From the NCBI GenBank assembly GCA_951406725.2, contig OX597823.1:89962001-90026000 (forward strand): a DNA stretch of 64,000 nt, written 5' to 3'. Position 1 is the stretch's first letter, and every line of letters starts with the position of its first letter. This stretch comes from Octopus vulgaris (lineage: Eukaryota). Made by a program: the position numbers and the translations under genes. This document shows positions 62,594 to 64,000 of this stretch, one piece after another. Under the pieces are notes generated by a model. That model ran no database searches. It saw only the letters and a program-made list of their open reading frames with translations, and was not told the DNA's origin.

Positions 62594-62669
<76 letters not shown>

Positions 62670-62672
62670 CCT

Positions 62673-62703
<31 letters not shown>

Positions 62704-62734
62704 CATATATATATAGATATATATATGTATAGAT

Positions 62735-63199
62735 AATAGAAATATTAAAATTACTAAGTCTCTCTAAAAGAGATTACGGCAGCGTTACTGGAAATTAATT
62801 GTTATCGCCATATTAATATGGCAGTCTTATAGATATAAGACTAAAAGCTGTCGCTGATTAGCTCCATGAGGCCATCGCCTTAAGATAGCTATTTGACACA
62901 CAAACTGTGTCCATTATAACCTTCGAACAATTAACAAAGGGCAAATACCCTGAAACGCGTCTGTAGCTGTCTGACTGGCAGTGTGAAGCGGCTGACCTCC
63001 CTTGTTCGAAGGTTATAATGGACACAGTTTGTGTGTCAAATAGCTATCTTAAGGCGATGGCCTCATGGAGCTAATCAGCGACAGCTTTTAGTCTTATATC
63101 TATAAGACTGCCATATTAATAGTGCGATAACAATTAATATGTATAGATACATATATGTATATATACATATATATAAATAATATTAACAATGATGATAAC

Positions 63200-63240
<41 letters not shown>

Positions 63241-64000
63241 CAATGATATAAATATAAATAATGATAATAACAATACCAATAATGAAGGTAGTATAGGTAT
63301 AAGTATGGTAGATGAGAATGATGGTGAAAATGGATTAATAAATAGTAACCCTAATTTGGATATCATTATGACCACTATAAATGAAAATAATACTAATAAT
63401 AATACTAATAATAATTTAAATAACAGTAATGTGAGGAACTATCCTTAAATAATTCCAAAACTGAATACTATCCCACCAGTTGTAATTGTAGGATTAGATC
63501 AAATTGTCCGGTATCTGGTCGTTGTTCGGTCCAAAATGTAGTTTATAAATGCACTACAATAACTTCTAACAGTAGCTATTTTTATCTCGGATGTTCGGTG
63601 GATTTTAAAAGACGTCTTAACAACCATTTTTCCTCTTTTAGACTAAAACACAAGGCAGGTTGCACTACACTATCGAGCAAAATTTGGGAACTAAAAACAA
63701 ATAATATAGGATACAGCCTAAAATGGGATATAGTTAGAAGGGCAAAACCTTATAGAAATAGTAGGGTAGGCTGTCAACTTTGTTCTATGGAAACCTATGA
63801 AATTTTAAAGTATCGAAGTAATAAAAATCTGTTGAATAATCGTCTAGAGTTAGGAACATCTTGCATACATTCCACAACTCGAACATTTAAATACTTTAAA
63901 TAAAAAATTGAGTATTCCTATATTTTCAAACTTTAACTTTTTAATATAATAATAATATGAAATATACTATACTAACCTTTAACTTAACTTTCATAGACGA
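62735..64000 (+). mobile_element. Penelope-like element 3' portion (Naiad-type GIY-YIG endonuclease) with fold-back terminal repeat
   Basis: Open frame 63430-63903: CNCRIRSNCPVSGRC..NVVYKC...YLG...FKRRLNNH...LSSKIWELK...CQLC..E...LLNNRLEL...CIH. Preceded by an Asn-rich tract and an inverted repeat. Confidence 0.85.
62794..63138. repeat. long inverted repeat: perfect 120-bp arms 62811-62930 / 63002-63121, 71-bp spacer
   Basis: base-by-base reverse-complement comparison. Confidence 0.97.

Noticed and set aside
63430-63903. Selenocysteine recoding, described for some Naiad PLEs
   Set aside because: All Cys positions in this fragment are TGT/TGC; no in-frame TGA.

Overview
Eukaryotic, AT-rich, repeat-dominated DNA, very probably from an octopus (inferred from its tRNA-derived SINE families and dense (TA)n/(CA)n/(CATA)n/(AAT)n microsatellites). 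One complete host gene can be reconstructed: a 10-coding-exon SLC22 (organic cation/carnitine transporter-like, MFS) gene on + (26729-61214, 553 aa, all GT-AG introns with consistent phases). A possible first exon and promoter of a second gene lies on - near 3.9-4.3 kb. The rest is mobile DNA: a near full-length but disrupted RTE LINE; Dong/R4, CR1 and Tx1-like LINE fragments; mariner and hAT remnants; many SINEs; and several Penelope-like elements (PLEs, Neptune- and Naiad-type). The most striking unannotated signal is a set of type I hammerhead ribozyme motifs in PLE terminal repeats: four with a canonical CUGANGA/GAAA/UH core, and five with a compensatory U3-A8 core (several decayed). Most sit beside (TA)n tracts, many inside SLC22 introns. 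They come with fold-back inverted repeats, a conserved uncharacterised upstream PLE ORF and a tRNA-like Pol III cassette. Most entries in the supplied ORF track are microsatellite or SINE artefacts. All RNA structures were read by eye and not computed.
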